Below are positions 12,174 to 25,379 of a stretch of DNA of 64,000 nt, piece after piece. This stretch comes from Oculina patagonica (taxonomy: Eukaryota). Location: contig NC_135761.1 in assembly GCF_052425735.1 (NCBI RefSeq), positions 34,844,001 to 34,908,000 on the forward strand. The letters run 5' to 3'. The notes under the pieces are model-generated. The model saw nothing but the letters and a program-made list of their open reading frames with translations. It did no database searches and was not told the origin of the DNA. The position numbers and the translations under genes are program-made. Within the stretch, counting starts at the first letter, position 1; every line of letters starts with the position of its first letter.

Positions 12174-12674
12174 AATTAATGTGTGGGGCTGTGCTAAGAC
12201 AAAGGTCCTTAATTCGCAATTTGTTTTGAGAAATTTGTTCTTAAAATAATATTTCTAGTTTAAGAGTGATGTAAAGGCCCTAACTAGCAGGAATTGCGGT
12301 CGTTTCGCCCGATGACCCATTCGCCTGACTATGTTTCGCCCGATCTCTGAGTCGATTCGCCCGAAAAAAAAGTCGATTTGCCCGGACCAACAGTCGATTC
12401 GCCCGAACTAATAAAATCCTGGATAATCATATTGGCTTATTTTATCAAACATAAAGCATTTAACGTTTCTTAATCTTTGGCGATGCCAGTTAAATTCAAT
12501 TTGTCATGCATTTATTGTAAACGAACGCTGCCCATGGATACATCTATTTCAATCCTATTTATCACGCCGCCAATAGACACTTCGTTTCTTGCAAAAAACT
12601 CTTTCCATAGATACATCCGCTATTCGTTTTCCCATAAAGAAGCCCAAGCCATGTTTTATACTGTCATAAAACAC

Positions 12675-13098
12675 GGCATGTACTAAAACCCGAAACAACG
12701 AAACGAAACCACCGAAACGAAACGACCGAAACAAAACAAAATTACCGAAACAAGCACAACTTCAATATTTTCGCCGCTTACCGTACTATGCACTCAGTTT
12801 AGCCTACTATACACTCCGGTTAGCCTACCATTCGCTCCGGTTAGCCTACTATACACTCCTGTTAGCCTACTACACACTCCGGTTAGCCTACTTTTCACTT
12901 AGGTTAGCCTACTATGCACTCCGGTTAGCCTGTTTACGGTTAGCTCTCAATTATTGTAATTGGTTTTGTTTGTTTCGGTGATTTAGTTTCGTTTCGCTCG
13001 TTTGGGCCGTTTCGGCGGTTTCGTTTCGCTCGTTTCGGTGCTTTCGCTCGTTTCGTTTCAGTGGTTTCGTTTCGTTGTTTCGGGTTTTAGTACATGCC
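12675..13098. mobile_element. MITE with a 9-bp TSD (Mutator-like), nested
   Basis: TIR GGCATGTACTAAAACCCGAAAC.../...GTTTCGGGTTTTAGTACATGCC. TSD ATAAAACAC at 12666-12674 and 13099-13107. Confidence 0.9.
12781..12930. repeat. 21-bp minisatellite (~7 copies) inside the MITE
   Basis: Unit CCGGTTAGCCTACTATACACT repeated head-to-tail with variants. Confidence 0.85.
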
Positions 13099-14269
13099 AT
13101 AAAACACGACAGGCACTTGAGAACACGAGGGAAATGTAGAAAACATTCACCTGCGGCTCATGTTTTCTACATTTCTCGAGTTTTCAGGCTTCTTTATTTG
13201 CTTTATGATATAGATTTTAGATGGTGCGAGTGAAAAGTTAAATAAGGTCTCGGTCGAGAGCGACCGAGCAAAGATGAAATTCCGCAATAATATTAGTTTA
13301 CGGGAAAACCAGAAAACTGACACAATTTCATTCAGTGTTCGACGTAAAATAATCGGGGGTGGAAGAGGAATTATTGGAACTGACTTATTCTTTATTCCTT
13401 CGCATTTTTTACGACTTATTCGTTATTCGTTTTTAGATTTTCATTGGTATTTATTATTCCTTATTGCCTTAATTAAGTGACAGTTCATTTTTATGGGGAG
13501 AGGGGATTTGATAGACAGTTCCTGTAAAATATAATGGCGCTCCCTCGTCATCACAAATTTTAAACCCTGCCCCCACCTCCCTACGTAATCCTTTTTTTAT
13601 ATGATCCCCCCCCCCAAAAAAAAAAACATCAGACAAAATTGCAGTTTAAGTTCAGTAAAGTTTAACAGCGCACAGACTAAGGTCTACTTTGCCATAGTTT
13701 TGCTTTATTTTGTTTAACACACGTTTTTTTTTAATTTCAAAAAAGTCAGTTGTTTACAGTTTGAGTTTCTTAACAATACTAGTTAATTAGTGGCCTGTGC
13801 AAGGTAAGTGTGATTTTCGTAAGAGCGTCTGAACGACGCTCTTATCGGACAGCTTTAACGTCTCATTTTGCTCATTGCTCATATTTTTCCTTGCCCCTAC
13901 ACGGCTCGGAAAAATACTACGGAATTTGCAAAATATCCACGCGTATTATATGTTAAGCCGTCAAATAAGGTGTATGTATCCATGGACAGTGTTTGTTTCC
14001 AATAAACGCTAAATTAAACTTAACGTTTTACTGGCAGTGCCAAAGATTAGGAACCGTTAAATGCTATATGTTTGGTTAAGTTAAGCCAACAAAACATACT
14101 TGATTAACCTGGATTTTATTAGTCCGAGCGAATCGACTCTTAGTCCGGGCGAATCGACTGTTGGTGCGGGCGAATCGACTATTTCTTCGGGGGGATCGAC
14201 TCAGAGATCGGGCGAAACGTCTTCGGATGAATGGGTCATCGTGCGAAACGACCTGATACCACTAGCAGA

Positions 14270-15210
14270 AGTCCGGGGGAACAGGATTTGCGCGAGTGAC
14301 TGCAAACTATCTCAAATTCAATGAAATCTTTCACCTGGGTGCGAGCAAAGTTGTGAACATCTATTTCACAAGTCTTACATCAAAAAGATAGCGTACAGAT
14401 ACTAGCCATACTATAATTTGCGTTGTTAAATGGTTGCTTTGGGTTTGGTGACACGACAACACTCCTGAAATTTGGGGTTTACCTCGGTGTAAGAACCTGT
14501 GATATTTTTCTTTGTTTTGGAGCTTTTGTTTTCCTGCTCTGTATTGTTTTTGACGCTCTTTGTTGCTTTGTTCGTTCTTTGTTTTACGTCACCGGTGAGT
14601 TTCACAGGTTCTTACACCGAGGATAAGCCGAAATTTGCGGCAAAAAAACTTTACGATCGAGTATTTGGCAGCGTGAACTACAGCTTACTGCATGGTCATC
14701 GGGAAGGCATACATTTCGAGTCAGTAGGCTTGTTTAAAAACACAACGCCTAAGCAGTGTTTAAATCATGTCGAGGCGCATAAATACAAGACAATATTGTA
14801 ACATTATCTCTTACCTGAACGCAGAAACACAGCAAAATCAGTTGAGTTCACATCACACCTTTACACAGCGAAGTAATATGAAGAATTCTGCACCTTGTAC
14901 TTCATGTAAAAGCAAATTTGTATCCCCCTAGAACCCAGACCTCACGATCGCAATTCGCCTGGTTACTCAGCGTCACATTGACTTGATGAGCTTGAAGCAG
15001 TGATGGTTTGATTTCGCCTGCATTTGCACGTTATGGCAGCTTTTCATCCAAACAAGAACTTCTGGTGAGTGAATTTATTTCTTTAACACAACCTTTTGCA
15101 GTTTCAGGTGGAATTGTAAGCGTTTACGAGCTTGCCATGCCCAAAATGAGTCGTACTTAACTAAAACCCGCGCGGGTCGAGTGTAGCGAGGCCCCCGCGT
15201 GCTCGCATCA
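14270..15210. promoter_or_regulatory. Candidate bidirectional promoter region
   Basis: Visibly CpG-richer than the flanks and free of TE ORFs. Minus-strand donor CAG/GTAAGA at ~14814 and plus-strand donor CTG/GTGAGT at 15065. It sits at the TE orientation switch. Confidence 0.3.
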
Positions 15211-15830
15211 AGCTTACTTCTCACATGGATTTTGATTTGTAAAATATTTAAATGCCCTTCTTAGCTGTTTTTTTTTTTTACAATTGCAGCTATTTAGTAT
15301 CACGTTAAAGCTTCTATTTTGTAAATTGCAGGACTCAAATTGGCTGAAATTTGAACTGACAGAGTGGTTGGAAATATGACACAAGTTGAAGACAGTTGAC
15401 AGGTTAGAAGCAGAGTTTATACACGTGTTATATTGACTCATCCTCTTTTTTACTCCTCGCACATTTTATTAAGAATGTCAGTGATATGTGGGTACACAAG
15501 TTTAGTTACTTCATAGTACGGGTTTTTGGATATGCAGGGAATTCCAAGGCACTGTCAAAAAGTTCTTGAGAACTTTTCCTAAATCTTCTTCATTTGCAGA
15601 AGATCTCGCTGTTATTGACCACTTTGCGAGTGATTTATAATAGAAATTAAAAAGGTTGTTTAACAGAACATAAATTGAAAGATTTCAATATATACAAGTC
15701 TGATGCTATGGGCCATTCAACACCCCCCCCCCCCCCCCCCCTACAGACGAGGTGTCTCTCTATCACCCTTCAGAAGGTCATATTTACCCTTGACCCCATG
15801 GAAATATCTCATTTTCCCTCGGTACCCATC

Positions 15831-15863
<33 letters not shown>

Positions 15864-16153
15864 AAGGCTACTAAAAATGCAGTTTTGGCTAGTAGGTTTT
15901 GGCCTTTCACTAGCCAAAATGGCTAGTGAAAAAATCAGGCATTATTAAAATCGTCTCTCAGAGAATATAACTAAGTAAACTGTTGACATTATAGAATGTG
16001 AAGCTTTAAACAACCTGGTTGACAAAAACGCATGTACATGTACAATTTTTATTGTGAAGAACAAAGCCCAATTTTGTAACGAAAAAAACACATGAAGATT
16101 TAAGGAACATTTTACGGCTCAAGGTTTAGCAAAAAAGTCAGTCTCGAGCCCTG
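15831..16153. mobile_element. MITE with 14-bp TIRs (CAGGG termini, hAT-like)
   Basis: CAGGGCTCGAGACT (15831-15844) / AGTCTCGAGCCCTG (16140-16153). The TSD is not clean. It is inserted into an older element rich in TACCCCTCAGAAAT repeats. Confidence 0.75.
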
Positions 16154-17910
16154 CCCTCAGAAATACCTATGGACGAGGGTTTTTTATCCAGATACCCCTC
16201 AGAAATACCTGTAGATGAGTTCATTTTCCCTTGCTACCCCTCAGAAATTGCTTTCTCAGGTAGATATCCCTCGCAAAAAACCTAAACGGAGGTAATCTTT
16301 TGCCTAGAATTAAAGCTTCGCAAAAATGATCTCAAATTCAATACATGAATAATTGTGTCATTGTAATTACTTGTCAATTTAATTGAAGATTAAGGTAGTT
16401 ACATTTAAAGGCTCCTTTGCAAAAAAATTCTTTTAGTAATCTTAAAAGCATCATCATCATCGTCACAACATAGGGTGTTATGTCATCAGTACAGTAGTGT
16501 GAGGGTAATCTAAGGCAAACCGCATAAAATGTTTTCTTAATGCTCCCGGCCATGAGAAACAAAATTGTGGACAACGAAGGTGTGGAGAAATGGGGTTGGG
16601 AAATTGAAGCATCCAATAACAGGCCAGTGTCACTAACACAAATACTAGTCTAGCTTGGTAAGAGGGGAGGAGTCATGACACCTCCCCCTTTTCTCTCTAC
16701 GGGTGCACTTTACGATCTCCTAAGAGAGGCCCTACTCCTCTTGAGGGCTACAATTACAATACCGAGCAAGAGATCTTTTTAACTTGTTTGGGCTGTCGGT
16801 CACTGAATGCCCTAAAAGAGGTCCTTATCCCTCTCCAGGGCTGCCAATCACAATACCCTAGGAGAGATATTTGCTACTCTTCAGGGCTGCATTTCACAAT
16901 ACCCTGAAAGAGTTCCTTATTTGGGTTTGAGGGTTTATACTTGTTATCATGGCAACCAATCCATTCTGCGAGTCTATGGGGCAAAGAGTGACCAGTATGG
17001 GAGCACTTCATCCCAACCTTAAGTTTATTATATCAATTCAAGGTTACAGAACAAAGAAAAGCGCTCTTTGCTAAAGAGTTACAACTGACTGCAATAATGC
17101 AGGTCTTGATAATAGGCATAGCTTATCAGTTCATTACATTAAGTATCTTTGATGTGATAAACTGCCCAAGACATAACTGCAAACTGTAACAATCATCATT
17201 ATATAAATTACGATCTCTACATCACCGTGAGATACTAGAGTAACAATATATTAAACCAAAGGCCTAACCAAAGATAAGTTAACAAGAAAAAACCATATTG
17301 AATGTCTACTGCAGGTCTGAATAGCATTGCCTCTAACTGCAACATCTTATATATATCATGCATCACAATATACTGGTACCTTACGTCAATAACTTTGTGT
17401 ATAATATCTTATGTACAGTACATCTTATAGGTAATATTATACATCAAAATGTCTAGAATGAAAAAACCCAAAATTCATAGGAAATAAAATATATTCAAAT
17501 GCATTTATCAAACATCAAAACCATTTTTTGTGTTATAGTGCATGACAAGACAAAGGAATTAATAAAACCAGGGCTTGTGTTCGATGTCCTAGGAATTGAT
17601 TGACAGTAAAATAAAAACCACCCTGATTGGCTAAAGCCTGCAAACTGCACTACAGACACACTTGAATGAAAGTGAACTTTGGCTTGTGAAATCCTACCCT
17701 ATTTCATTGCCTGTCAAGCAACAAACATAATTCTCATGATTGTCTCTAAAACTACAACTTATAGAGTAACAAATTGGTCTTTTACCATTGCCTTCTCTGG
17801 ACAAATCCTGCCACCAGTGTTACGTGGTCCGCAGGAGACTGGGCCACAGTTTTCCAATAGCAAGAAGAACAAAGACTTCAGTTTTACAGTTTTCCAATAG
17901 CAGCAAACAA

Positions 17911-18001
17911 CTCTGTAACACCCTCTTATGCCCTGTAACATCTTTAAATACCCTGTAACACCTTGTAACGCCTTGCAACACCCTGTAACACCTTTTAACA
18001 C
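17911..18001. repeat. 10-bp degenerate tandem repeat
   Basis: Units resembling CCCTGTAACA/CCTTGTAACG. Confidence 0.7.
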
Positions 18002-18319
18002 GTTAGAAATCGAATTAATGTATCAAATTAAAAGAGGCTTTGTTTCAGTCGAAGCGTCCCCGATACCACGCTTGGCAGGACAGGTATTCTGTATAAACAT
18101 TCGGGCTCGTCATCATAAACAAGCTCTATTTCGTCATCATCATAGGACTGAACTTCTGCTTTGTACCAACCTGACATTTAGAGAAAAGTTGGCAATTAAC
18201 ACATATCCAAGCATTCTAATACATAAAGTAAAATAACAGAAACATATGTCTATCTTCTTTACGAGATGTATGCAACTTAATCTTACAATAATAGAAATAG
18301 TAATAATAATAATAACAGC

Positions 18320-18900
18320 AACCAATAGGTACTGGCAGGAACGCACTCTGGTTTTGATGAGGAATAGATGCACTATCTCTGGGTCGCTCTGTCTCCAATG
18401 ACGGGCCAGATTTGGTAGTAAACTTCCTCCTCTTGTGGATCACTTTTGGATCTTCCAAGTACAATTCTTTCTCAGCAATTATTATGTTCCTCGTTGCAAT
18501 AATAAGGTTGCGAATAGCTTCTGTTTCCCGATGAAAGGCCAAATAGCCTCTTCCTGCCCTCACCATTCCGACACGAACAACTAGCTCATCTTTTGTCGCA
18601 CAATCCAGAACATTGTGAAATCGTAATATTTCTTTCAGCTTATAAATGGACAACTTGGCTATATCTGTGATGGAAGCTGGTATACAACGGAGACTGCCCT
18701 TGTAGTCTTTGAGCAGGGGTGGTCTGGCATCACCCATCTTCTCCACAAGACGTTGCACACAGTAATGTTTCTTTCCTTCTGTCGGTATTCTTTCTTTACG
18801 GCACAACTCCTCAAGCTGCTCTTTGTTATTGCACTTGTACAATTCGTCCTGGGACCAATACTCTCTTCTTTGTCAGTCTGAAATGATTTGTCCAGCTTCT
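18320..18900 (-). pseudogene. Fragment with tandem SAP-like motifs (probably TE-derived)
   Basis: KEQLEELCRKERIPTEGKKHYCVQRL and LSIYKLKEILRFHNVLDCATKDELVVRV both fit SAP spacing. Confidence 0.5.
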
Positions 18901-20329
18901 CTTTGTAATTCTAGAAAAACGTTATCACATCTTTCTGGGTGCACCAAGTTAAAAAGGAAATGCTTTGCAAAATATTGCGTTTTTGTCATTAGCAATGGAA
19001 AGCTTTAAATAAATTGAAAAAGCCAGTTGAAACATGTCCATTGGTAAATAAAGTACTTTTGACATTGGGTGTGATGGTGGGATGCAGCGGGCAAATCCAC
19101 AATCATATTTGAATGAAATGGATAAAATGGCTGTTTTAATGTTGCTGTTTTCTGGCTGAGAGCACTCCTGGTCTACGGTGCCACTGATAAGCGAAGTGAT
19201 TACCTGAGATAACGAAATAAGTAGTAAGTAAGTAAGTAAGTAACACAGTGTGATTCGTCTGAACAGAAGGCATAAAACAAATTTTCAAGGTTACCAAAGG
19301 AAAAGATAAAAATCGTTAAGAGAAATAATTGAAAAGCATACGAAATTATTTGTGTTGCATATAAAAAGGCATTTTATTCGCTACTTAGTAACTGAACGTA
19401 ATTTGGAGAGATGAACAAACTAAGAATAAAGTTTGAACACAGCACGCGCGGTCATCGCTATTGCCATTACAAGTATTGATATTGTAAGATAGTTTCAAAT
19501 CATGTTACGGCTAACCATGTAGCTCAATGTAAATATATAATTCTTCTTCCCTTGTAGCTCAATTTAAATATAAATTTTCTATAAAAGTCTCGGTGATTCA
19601 TGGTGCTCACTCCGCTAGGCGAATTTGCATTTTTCTCAATAGCCACGACTAGTTGTGTTTGTTAGGTCAACATTCGATTTTAACACAAAAAAATTGTCAT
19701 TGAGAAGGTGACTTTCATACATAGAATTTAAAAGATGGAAACTTACCTTCATGACAATGTTCTTTTGAGTTTACGTAGTCCATGTATCGCTGAGCCTGCT
19801 GGAGGGTTTCGAGGGATATTTCTGTTGGTGGTGCTGGTAGTTTTCGGCCTAACAATTCATTGGTGATGAAATTGAATACGTGCATGCTTGTTCCACTCCT
19901 TGAAGATGGTCAATCTTCTTTGACTTTGGTGGGATGTTTGGGTCCTGGATTGCATTGTTTACCTTTTCAATGAAGTCATTCTAGGGAAGTTAGGGTGTCA
20001 AGTGCATCGTTACTTGAGGTGTAACGTGATGTTACAACAGACTCGTGGGTATCAAACATCTTAGTGAAGATGTGGGATACTTCTTCTAAAAAGATGTTCT
20101 CTCCACCTAACCATAAACGTGATGCATTCGTTTCGGTGGTCGTGGGGCACAGACATACTGAGAAAACAAACATTAATCTGTCCAGGAAACCATGGCCCAG
20201 GTCCATCCCGCAGAGTAAGCGGGCGGTGTAAGGTAGTCGCTTACAACCAAATATGGAAAATGGTAAAATGGATGGAATTTCATGCATTTGTAGAAATTAA
20301 AACATGACTTCTTTGTAAACCAAACCCAA

Positions 20330-20505
20330 GGCCATATAGGTTACATTGCTGGCTTCTATCAGTGGCAACTGCATTTCTTTTGGATAAAAATGAGGTCACC
20401 TATCGTCAGAAAAGTGGCCAATTCCGTAAGAAGTTTGCAAGCCTTGCACTCCAGTGTGATTTTGCTTGCAGGAAGTGGACCTTAAGCTCCATACACATTA
20501 GCGTC
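20330..20505 (-). pseudogene. CxC5-like cysteine cluster fragment (KDZ transposon)
   Basis: Minus-strand reading VYGA*GPLPASKITLECKACKL.YGIGHF...FYP...LIEASNVTY. Confidence 0.45.
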
Positions 20506-21584
20506 AAAAGTTGATCAATATCAAGAAATATCATAACTAAATTTGTTTCTTCCTCAATTTATTTTGCCTCCTTTGTACACTTCCTGTAGTCTGCGAACTG
20601 CTTTCACTTCTTCGGCCAGTATTTTGTTTAAGGCCTTTTAAACAAAGCGTCTGCTGTGATCAGAAGGCACTGGAAAACTAAAGATTTGCCGTAGCCAGTC
20701 AGCAAGTTCACAAATACATTGCAACCACCAAGAGATTCCTGTAGCGAATCTTCATGCTCAGTCAAAAGTTCATCAATATCAATAAATATCATAACTAAAT
20801 AAAAAAATAACCAAATAATTATTTATACAACATTACCTTTTCATTCTTTTAACAGCAGACCTATAAAAAAACCTCATGCGCTGTTATGTGTTTTTAACAC
20901 TAACAGCCTTCGTTTCTTCCTCAATTTATTTTGCCTCCTCTGTACACTTCCTGCAGTCTGCGAACTGTTTGTTCTTCCTCGGCCAGTACTTTATTTAACT
21001 GTTTAAATAAAAGTTAAATGAATAAACTAGGAAACAGTAAAAACCATTAATTGCATCATGTACTGGTTGAATCTTTACATCAAAATAAGGAACTAAGTAA
21101 CAATGGTATTTTTACAACATCACCTTTTCATTCTTTTAACAGCAGACCTATATATTTCCCTTTCCTTGTCGTCGTTACAAAGGCTGCTGAATCCAAACTT
21201 ACAGTTGAACACCATTGCGAAGGTGGCAAAAGGTGCCATTTAGGACTTGCTGGACAAGTTTGGGGTCCTCTTCGTTAGTAATCGTGATCGCTGGTACTCC
21301 CATATCATTAAGATAAGCAACCTGGTCTTCCATGAGCGATCGCAACGGTGATATGACAACGACAACACTGGAACCACAAGGCCTTTCAAACAGCACCTGC
21401 TGCGATCAGAAGGCACTGGAAAATTAAAGATTTGCTGTAGCCAGTCGGCAAGTTCACAAATACATTGCAACCACCAAGAGATTCCTGTAGCGAATCTTCG
21501 TGCTCAGTCAAAAGTTCATCAATATCAATAAATATCATAACTAAATAAAAAAAATAACATCTAAATAATGGTATTTATACAACA

Positions 21585-22180
21585 TCACCTTTTCATTCTT
21601 TTAACAGCAGACCTATTTATTTTCCTTCCCTTGTCCTCCTTACAAAGGCTGCTGTATGCAAACTTACAGTTGAACGCCATTGCGAAGGTGGCAAAAGGGA
21701 CAGCACCAACAATAAGAAAATTGGCACACTGCCTGAGCAAGGACATGTCAAAAGCAGTATCCTCCAGTGATAATAAAAAGTGGCCTTCAAGAACATCTTT
21801 GTTAAACTGCCTCTTTCCATTCAATGTCCAATAACGATAATGCCCGTGAACCTTGCAGGTTCTACAGCATTTTGTTATTTGTGAGCCAAGGTAAGAGCCT
21901 TGCTGTTCATGGTAAACAACCACAACATGACTTGCTGGTTCATCAGGTTACACCTTCCCACACAACTGACAAAACTCCTGTTCACACATAAGAACAGTCC
22001 CCATTGGCAAACAGCACTTCACGGTAAACTTGCTTAATTCATTGAAGTGCTGTCCAACATTCCCAAGCCCTGGAAAAAGATACAACAAACTCTCCACTTC
22101 GCCAACCAAACCACCCTCATCACATTCTAAATTCCTGATTATGCCAACAATTTCCTCCTTCTCAACACAAACATAGCTTT
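21585..22180 (-). pseudogene. CxC5-like domain of a KDZ transposase (copy 1)
   Basis: VYHEQQGSYLGSQITKCCRTCKVHGHY.YW..NGKRQF...FLLSLEDTAFDMSLLRQC...PFATFAMAFN. Confidence 0.6.
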
Positions 22181-23053
22181 TCACTTCAAGTAAAAAATAA
22201 CTTTAAAAAACTCCTTCCATGGAAACTTTAAACAGAAAACAGACGAAATAAACACAGCAGATCTCATCGATGTCAACTTTTACGAAAATTTGCATTGTTA
22301 AGATTATTGGAATACAACAGAAAGAAGGCAAGGCCAAGAAGTGTAATCATTGTAAAAACCAAGTTTTTTTTTAGTTTGTTTCAAGAAATTTGATCTTATA
22401 AATACAATACTTCTATTTGCACTTTGCATTCAATTTCCATGATTAAAATTCATGATAAAAGAAGACCAAAGAACTTACCAAAGTTTGAAGTAGCCTCTCT
22501 TAACAGTCTTTGCAATTGTGCAAACAGCAAGCTGCCGTAGCCAGTTGGCGAGTTCACATATACATTGTGACCTCCAAGAGATTCCTGTAGCAAATCTTCA
22601 TGCTCAGTCAAAAGTTGATCAATATCAATAAATATCATAACTAAATAAAAAAAAACTAAATAACGGTATTTTTACAACATCACCTTTTCATTCTTTTAAT
22701 AGCAGACCTATAAAAAAACCTCATGCGCCGTTATGTATTTTTAACACTTAAAGCCTTTGTTTCTTCCTCAATTTATTTTGCCTCCTTTGTACACTTCCTG
22801 TAGTCTGCAAACTGCTTTCACTTCTTTAGCCAGTATTTCGTTTAAGGCCTTTTAAACAAAGCGTCTGCTGCGATCAGAAGGCACTGGAAAACTAAAGATT
22901 TGCTGTAGCCAGTCGGCAAGTTCACAAATACATTGCAACCACCAAGAGATTCCTGTAGCGAATATCCGTGCTCAGTCAAAAGTTCATCAATATCAATAAA
23001 TATCATAACTAAATAAAAAAAAATAACAACTAAATAACGGTATTTATACAACA

Positions 23054-23650
23054 TCACCTTTTCATTCTTTTAACAGCAGACCTATTTATTTTCCTTCCTT
23101 TGTCCTCCTTACAAAGGCTGCTGTATCCAAACTTACGGTTGAACGCCATTGCGAAGGTGGCAAAAGGGACAGCACCAACAATAAGAAAATTAGCACACTG
23201 CCTGAGCAAGGACATGTCAAAAGCAGTGTCCTCCAGTGATAATAAAAAGTGGCCTTCAAGAACATCTTTGTTAAACTGCCTCTTTCCATTCAATGTCGAA
23301 TAACGATAATGCCCGTGAACCTTGCAGGTTCTACAGCATTTTGTTATCTGTGAGCCAAGGTAAGAGCCTTGCTGTTCATGGTAAACAACCACAACATGAC
23401 TTGCTGGTTCATCAGGTTACACCTTCCCACACAACTGAAAAAACTCCTGTTCACACATAAGAACAATACCCATTGGCAAACAGCATTTCACAGTAAACTT
23501 GCTTAATTCTGTGAAGTGCTGTCCAACATTCCCAAGCCCTGGAAAAAGATACAACAAACTCTCCACTTCGCCAACCAAACCACCCTCATCACATTCTTAA
23601 TTCCTCATTACGCCAACAATTTCCTCCTTCTCACCACAAACATACCTTTT
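23054..23650 (-). pseudogene. CxC5-like domain of a KDZ transposase (copy 2)
   Basis: Near-identical to 21585-22180. Confidence 0.6.
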
Positions 23651-24719
23651 CACTTCACGTTAGACCAAAATAACTTTAAAAAACTCCTTCCAACGAAACT
23701 TTAAACAGAAAACAGACGAAATAAACACAGCAGATCTCATCGACGTCAACTTTTACAAAAATTTGCATTGTCAAGATTATTGGAATACAACAGAAAGAAG
23801 GCAAGGCCGAGAAGTGTAATCATTGTAAAAAGCAAGTTTGTTACAAGAAATTTGATCTTATAAATACAATACTTCTATTTGCACTTTGCATTCAATTTCC
23901 ATGATTAAAATTCATGATGAAAGAAGACCAAAGAACTTACCAAAGTTTAAAGTAGCCTCTCTTAATAGTCTTTGCAATTGTGCAAACAGCAAGCTGCGGA
24001 ACTAATTAATATCAAGAATTAAAATCTGATAATTAAACCTACATTAAACGCCAATCTAAAAATGCAGTTACCTCTCCGAAATCGACAGTGAACTGAAACA
24101 AAAACAGTTTAAGTTGTCTTAAAAGATGAAAGACAACAACAGAAATTGCTCAAAGGCTTGCGGTGCTTATTATTTTTAAAACAAGGTCCTGTTTTACAGT
24201 AGGGGTTCAATTCAATGTAAAAAGACCAGCTCACCCGTGACCTAGGTAATGCTAGGCTGCTTGGTAATTAAAACAACATAGGAATAATTGGACATTTCAG
24301 TTGAGCATCCAGAATACAAGCTTGTTTTAGTCGTTAAACCAAAATTACTTTAAAAACTCCTTCCAACGAAACTTAAAACAGAAAACAGACTGAATAAAGG
24401 CAGCCGATCTTCTAGCATGTCTGCCATATTGCACTGAACTGTTGCTGGGGAACCTTTCACATGACAGTTCACATATGGAAAATTATTTTGACAACAACCA
24501 ACAACAGCAACACTTTATTTGCATTCCCAGTTACAAAAGTATAGGAAAGATAGTATATGAAAGAAAAATAACAACAAGAAAAAGATGTAACCTAATGACA
24601 GTTACCCACAGTCTGATTAATGTGAAATGAATTCAAGCAGCACATTGGGGCATGTCACCATTGACTCGACTTCACCTTGACTTGACAACTCTGAATTCCA
24701 AAAGCCTGTTTTTCAAGAG

Positions 24720-25290
24720 TTTTTTTGCTTCACTAGAAACCACTCTTGTCTGTCTGCTTGTGCCATCACCAGCAGACTGTTGTTTGTCTCAGAAATAGTC
24801 CCAGGGTTGTTTCCTTTAGTGCTCCATAAATCTGAACAAGAATTACTTCCACACTGGCACTTTTTTGCACAGACAACATGTGCATTGATGGTCTGTGGGC
24901 TGAACATGGGTACCATCATGATGAAATCCAAAATGAGCAATCAGGAATTTTCTGCGACATCCATCAGTACTGCAATAAAGTTTAATGCCTTTGTCACAAA
25001 ATGCAGATAGCAAACCATTGTGAAGTAGGACACATGTACTCGGCAAACCATTCCTTCCAGCACGTCCACACTCTTGGACATACATTTCCACTGACTTGGA
25101 TGGGCCGAAATGAATCACTCTTCTAACTCGTTTGCAGTTCACGCCCATGCCAAATGCAACAGTTGATATGAGCACTCTTATGTGGCCCGCATCACTGCTC
25201 ATATTTCTTAATATTTGTTGTTTCACTTGGGTTGCTGTACCAGCATGGTACATTTCGATGACTAAGGCCAGGTCGTCTACATTCTCGTTA
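24720..25290 (-). pseudogene. RecQ-like helicase C-terminal fragment (AcademH-like), copy 1
   Basis: MYHAGT...RVLISTVAFGMGVNCKRVRRVIHFGPSKSVEMYVQECGRAGRNG (motifs IV-VI), then CRRKFL...CTCC (RQC zinc site). Confidence 0.85.
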
Positions 25291-25379
25291 TGTACAATTT
25301 TCTCACTAGCCGCTGGCGGGTGTTCTTTCTTTGAAGACTGCTTAGTTACAAAGTTGCTCTTTCGAGACTTAGCTTGCTC

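Larger units (their letters stand above)
12291..14260. mobile_element. Non-autonomous DNA transposon with ~250-bp imperfect TIRs and an 8-bp TSD
   Basis: TSD ACTAGCAG at 12283-12290 and 14261-14268. TIRs at ~12291-12545 and ~13965-14260 contain GTCGATTCGCCCG repeats. Confidence 0.85.
20505..24000 (-). repeat. Complex tandem duplication of a RecQ-fragment plus CxC5-fragment chimera
   Basis: The RecQ motif I piece (QESLGGCNVFVNLPTGYSKSLVFQ) recurs at ~20630, ~21390, ~22530 and ~22845. A ~1.1-kb block at ~21390-22530 is nearly identical to ~22860-23995. Confidence 0.85.

Noticed and set aside
12781-12930. Repeat array superficially resembling CRISPR (conserved GGTTAGCCTAC with variable bases between)
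   Set aside because: The 21-bp period leaves no unique spacers. It lies inside a MITE in eukaryotic DNA, and there are no cas genes.
14100-14324. 74-aa ORF with GEST repeats
   Set aside because: It is a translation of TIR internal repeats.
24843-25253. Host RecQ/WRN gene
   Set aside because: It is fragmentary, duplicated, fused to unrelated TE sequence and lacks exon structure.
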